This document shows, piece after piece, positions 62,598 to 64,000 of a stretch of 64,000 bases of DNA (position 1 is its first letter; every line of letters begins with the position of its first letter). The DNA is taken from positions 107,818,001-107,882,000 of the forward strand of contig OZ286459.1 of assembly GCA_965644265.1 (NCBI GenBank), written 5' to 3'. Under the pieces are notes generated by a model that did not search any database, was not told the origin of the DNA, and saw only the letters and a program-made list of their open reading frames with translations. The position numbers and the translations under genes were made by a program. The DNA comes from Glycera tridactyla. Lineage: Eukaryota.

Positions 62598-62750
62598 TAT
62601 TATTATTATCATTATCATTATTATCATCATTACTATACCATACTGTCATCTGTATATAATGAAGTTTTGAGATTCTCTTCCCTGTCGTTATCAATATCAT
62701 TATTATCATTATCACTATTATCATCATCATCACCACTATCATCACTATTA
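62598..62750. repeat. (ATT/ATC)n low-complexity tracts
   Basis: Direct reading; a similar tract lies at 60978-61010. Confidence 0.9.
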
Positions 62751-63047
62751 CTATAGGTGTATACGTGGATGAAACCAATTTAGAACCATGTTGGAGCTGA
62801 AAGTCTTTTATGGCTGGCCTAGTCCATGGATTATACCCTGCCCCCCCCCCTACTCAGAATGGTACCCATCGCCATGCAACCAAGTGGCCTGAACTCGACA
62901 CAGGCTGGTTGGTTGCAAGGCGATGGGTGCCGTACTGAATCCCCAGCACGGATGGTCCAGAAAAAACTTGACCTTTTCTAGATCGAAGAAGATTTTACAT
63001 TGATTTCATTCACATACACAACACTATTTCATCATTATCATCATTAC

Positions 63048-63206
63048 CTGTTGGACTCTTCTTTCTTGTCTCGCCAATCCACGCACATTTCGCGCTACTT
63101 GGCGTTCTAAATCGCGATAAGCTACCCAGGTCTGAGGTCGTTCCCCTCGCAAAATACCCGGCCAGGGACGCATGGCCTCGAATTTGGCCATATACTGCAG
63201 ATCCAT
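63048..63206 (-). CDS. Exon 1 (coding) of an unrecognised coiled-coil protein gene
   Basis: ATG at 63206 with an in-frame TGA just upstream. Encodes MDLQYMAKFEAMRPWPGILRGERPQTWVAYRDLERQVARNVRGLARQERRVQQ. Donor CAACAG|gtaatg, phase 0. CpG-rich relative to flanks. Confidence 0.55.
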
Positions 63207-64000
63207 GCTAGTACCTCAGTTCCTCCTCATGGTAGTCTGGTCTATAGACGTCTCAGCGGCGATAACTCATGCCTTGTATTCACCTTGTCCTAAAACAATG
63301 AACATGGCTGATTTCAATGAGCGATGGTATGCAGTCGGCCTCGTCTTAAGTTTGAAGGAAGAGTGGGGATATCCCTACTATATCCCTTCACGTCCGAATA
63401 CATATACACTTAGCCAGAGTTTACCCTATGCAATGCAGCCATGCAATTCTGTTCATCTCACAGGGGTATTTTCCATTATAATGAACCTGTAATAAGCATG
63501 CACTTGCCCTAAGAATACAGTTTTATCTTGTCCTTTAGCTTTATACTTAGGACGACTAATGATCCACAAGAACAAACGCGGGAGGATACATGAATGTCGG
63601 GAAGTATATAAGAATATAAGCAACTCTTCATCTTTGACAAATCCTGCGTTCTGGTGCTATAACTGATAATGAAGCTGCAAACAGGGTTCACACACACTTT
63701 TCGAGAAGAAATTCCAGAGTATTTCCAGAAATCAGTGCACACAAAGAAATTTTCAAAACACAAAACCCACACAGCCAATAAAGTCACCGGATTTAAAATG
63801 AATGCCACATAAATAATGGTGACTTCTAGAATAATTCCCAATTGCATCACTGACGACTAGATGCAGAGGTCTGAATCATTGACATTTTCTGACATTCTCC
63901 ATTATGATGCTGATCACGATTATTTTCCACACATCTTGGTTGTCATTTGGAAATCCATCAGAACAATCAATGGCTAGCTGGGGCATCGGGGATCAGCAGA

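Noticed and set aside
63509-63850. 113-aa hydrophobic ORF as an upstream exon of the coiled-coil gene
   Set aside because: In-frame stops precede the 63206 ATG and no phase-compatible junction was found; window edge limits assessment.

Overview
AT-rich genomic DNA from a bilaterian invertebrate (inferred), with six N-gaps and no intact long ORF. The left 25 kb carries what I read as the last four coding exons of a Nuclear factor I (NFI/CTF) gene on the + strand: 6561-6726, 9487-9776, 21302-21527 and 24462-24613. All junctions are GT-AG and phase-compatible, giving about 277 aa of Pro/Ser/Thr-rich C-terminus, probably followed by a long 3'UTR. The right end has a phase-compatible two-exon gene on the - strand (63206-63048 + 60230-59826) encoding an unrecognised 187-aa protein with a predicted coiled-coil. 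That frame stays open for 84 more codons after its stop, and the intron contains a direct-repeat-bounded segment, a possible cassette exon and an 85-nt pre-miRNA-like hairpin. Between the two genes lie a ~900-bp modular foldback element, a frameshifted mucin-like gene remnant, a decayed Gypsy integrase fragment, many TA-flanked CAGT MITEs, a dispersed SINE family (one copy with a 15-bp TSD), CTCF/RFX-like motifs and microsatellites. There are no CRISPR, rRNA or tRNA genes that I can support. All homology calls are from memory and need database confirmation.
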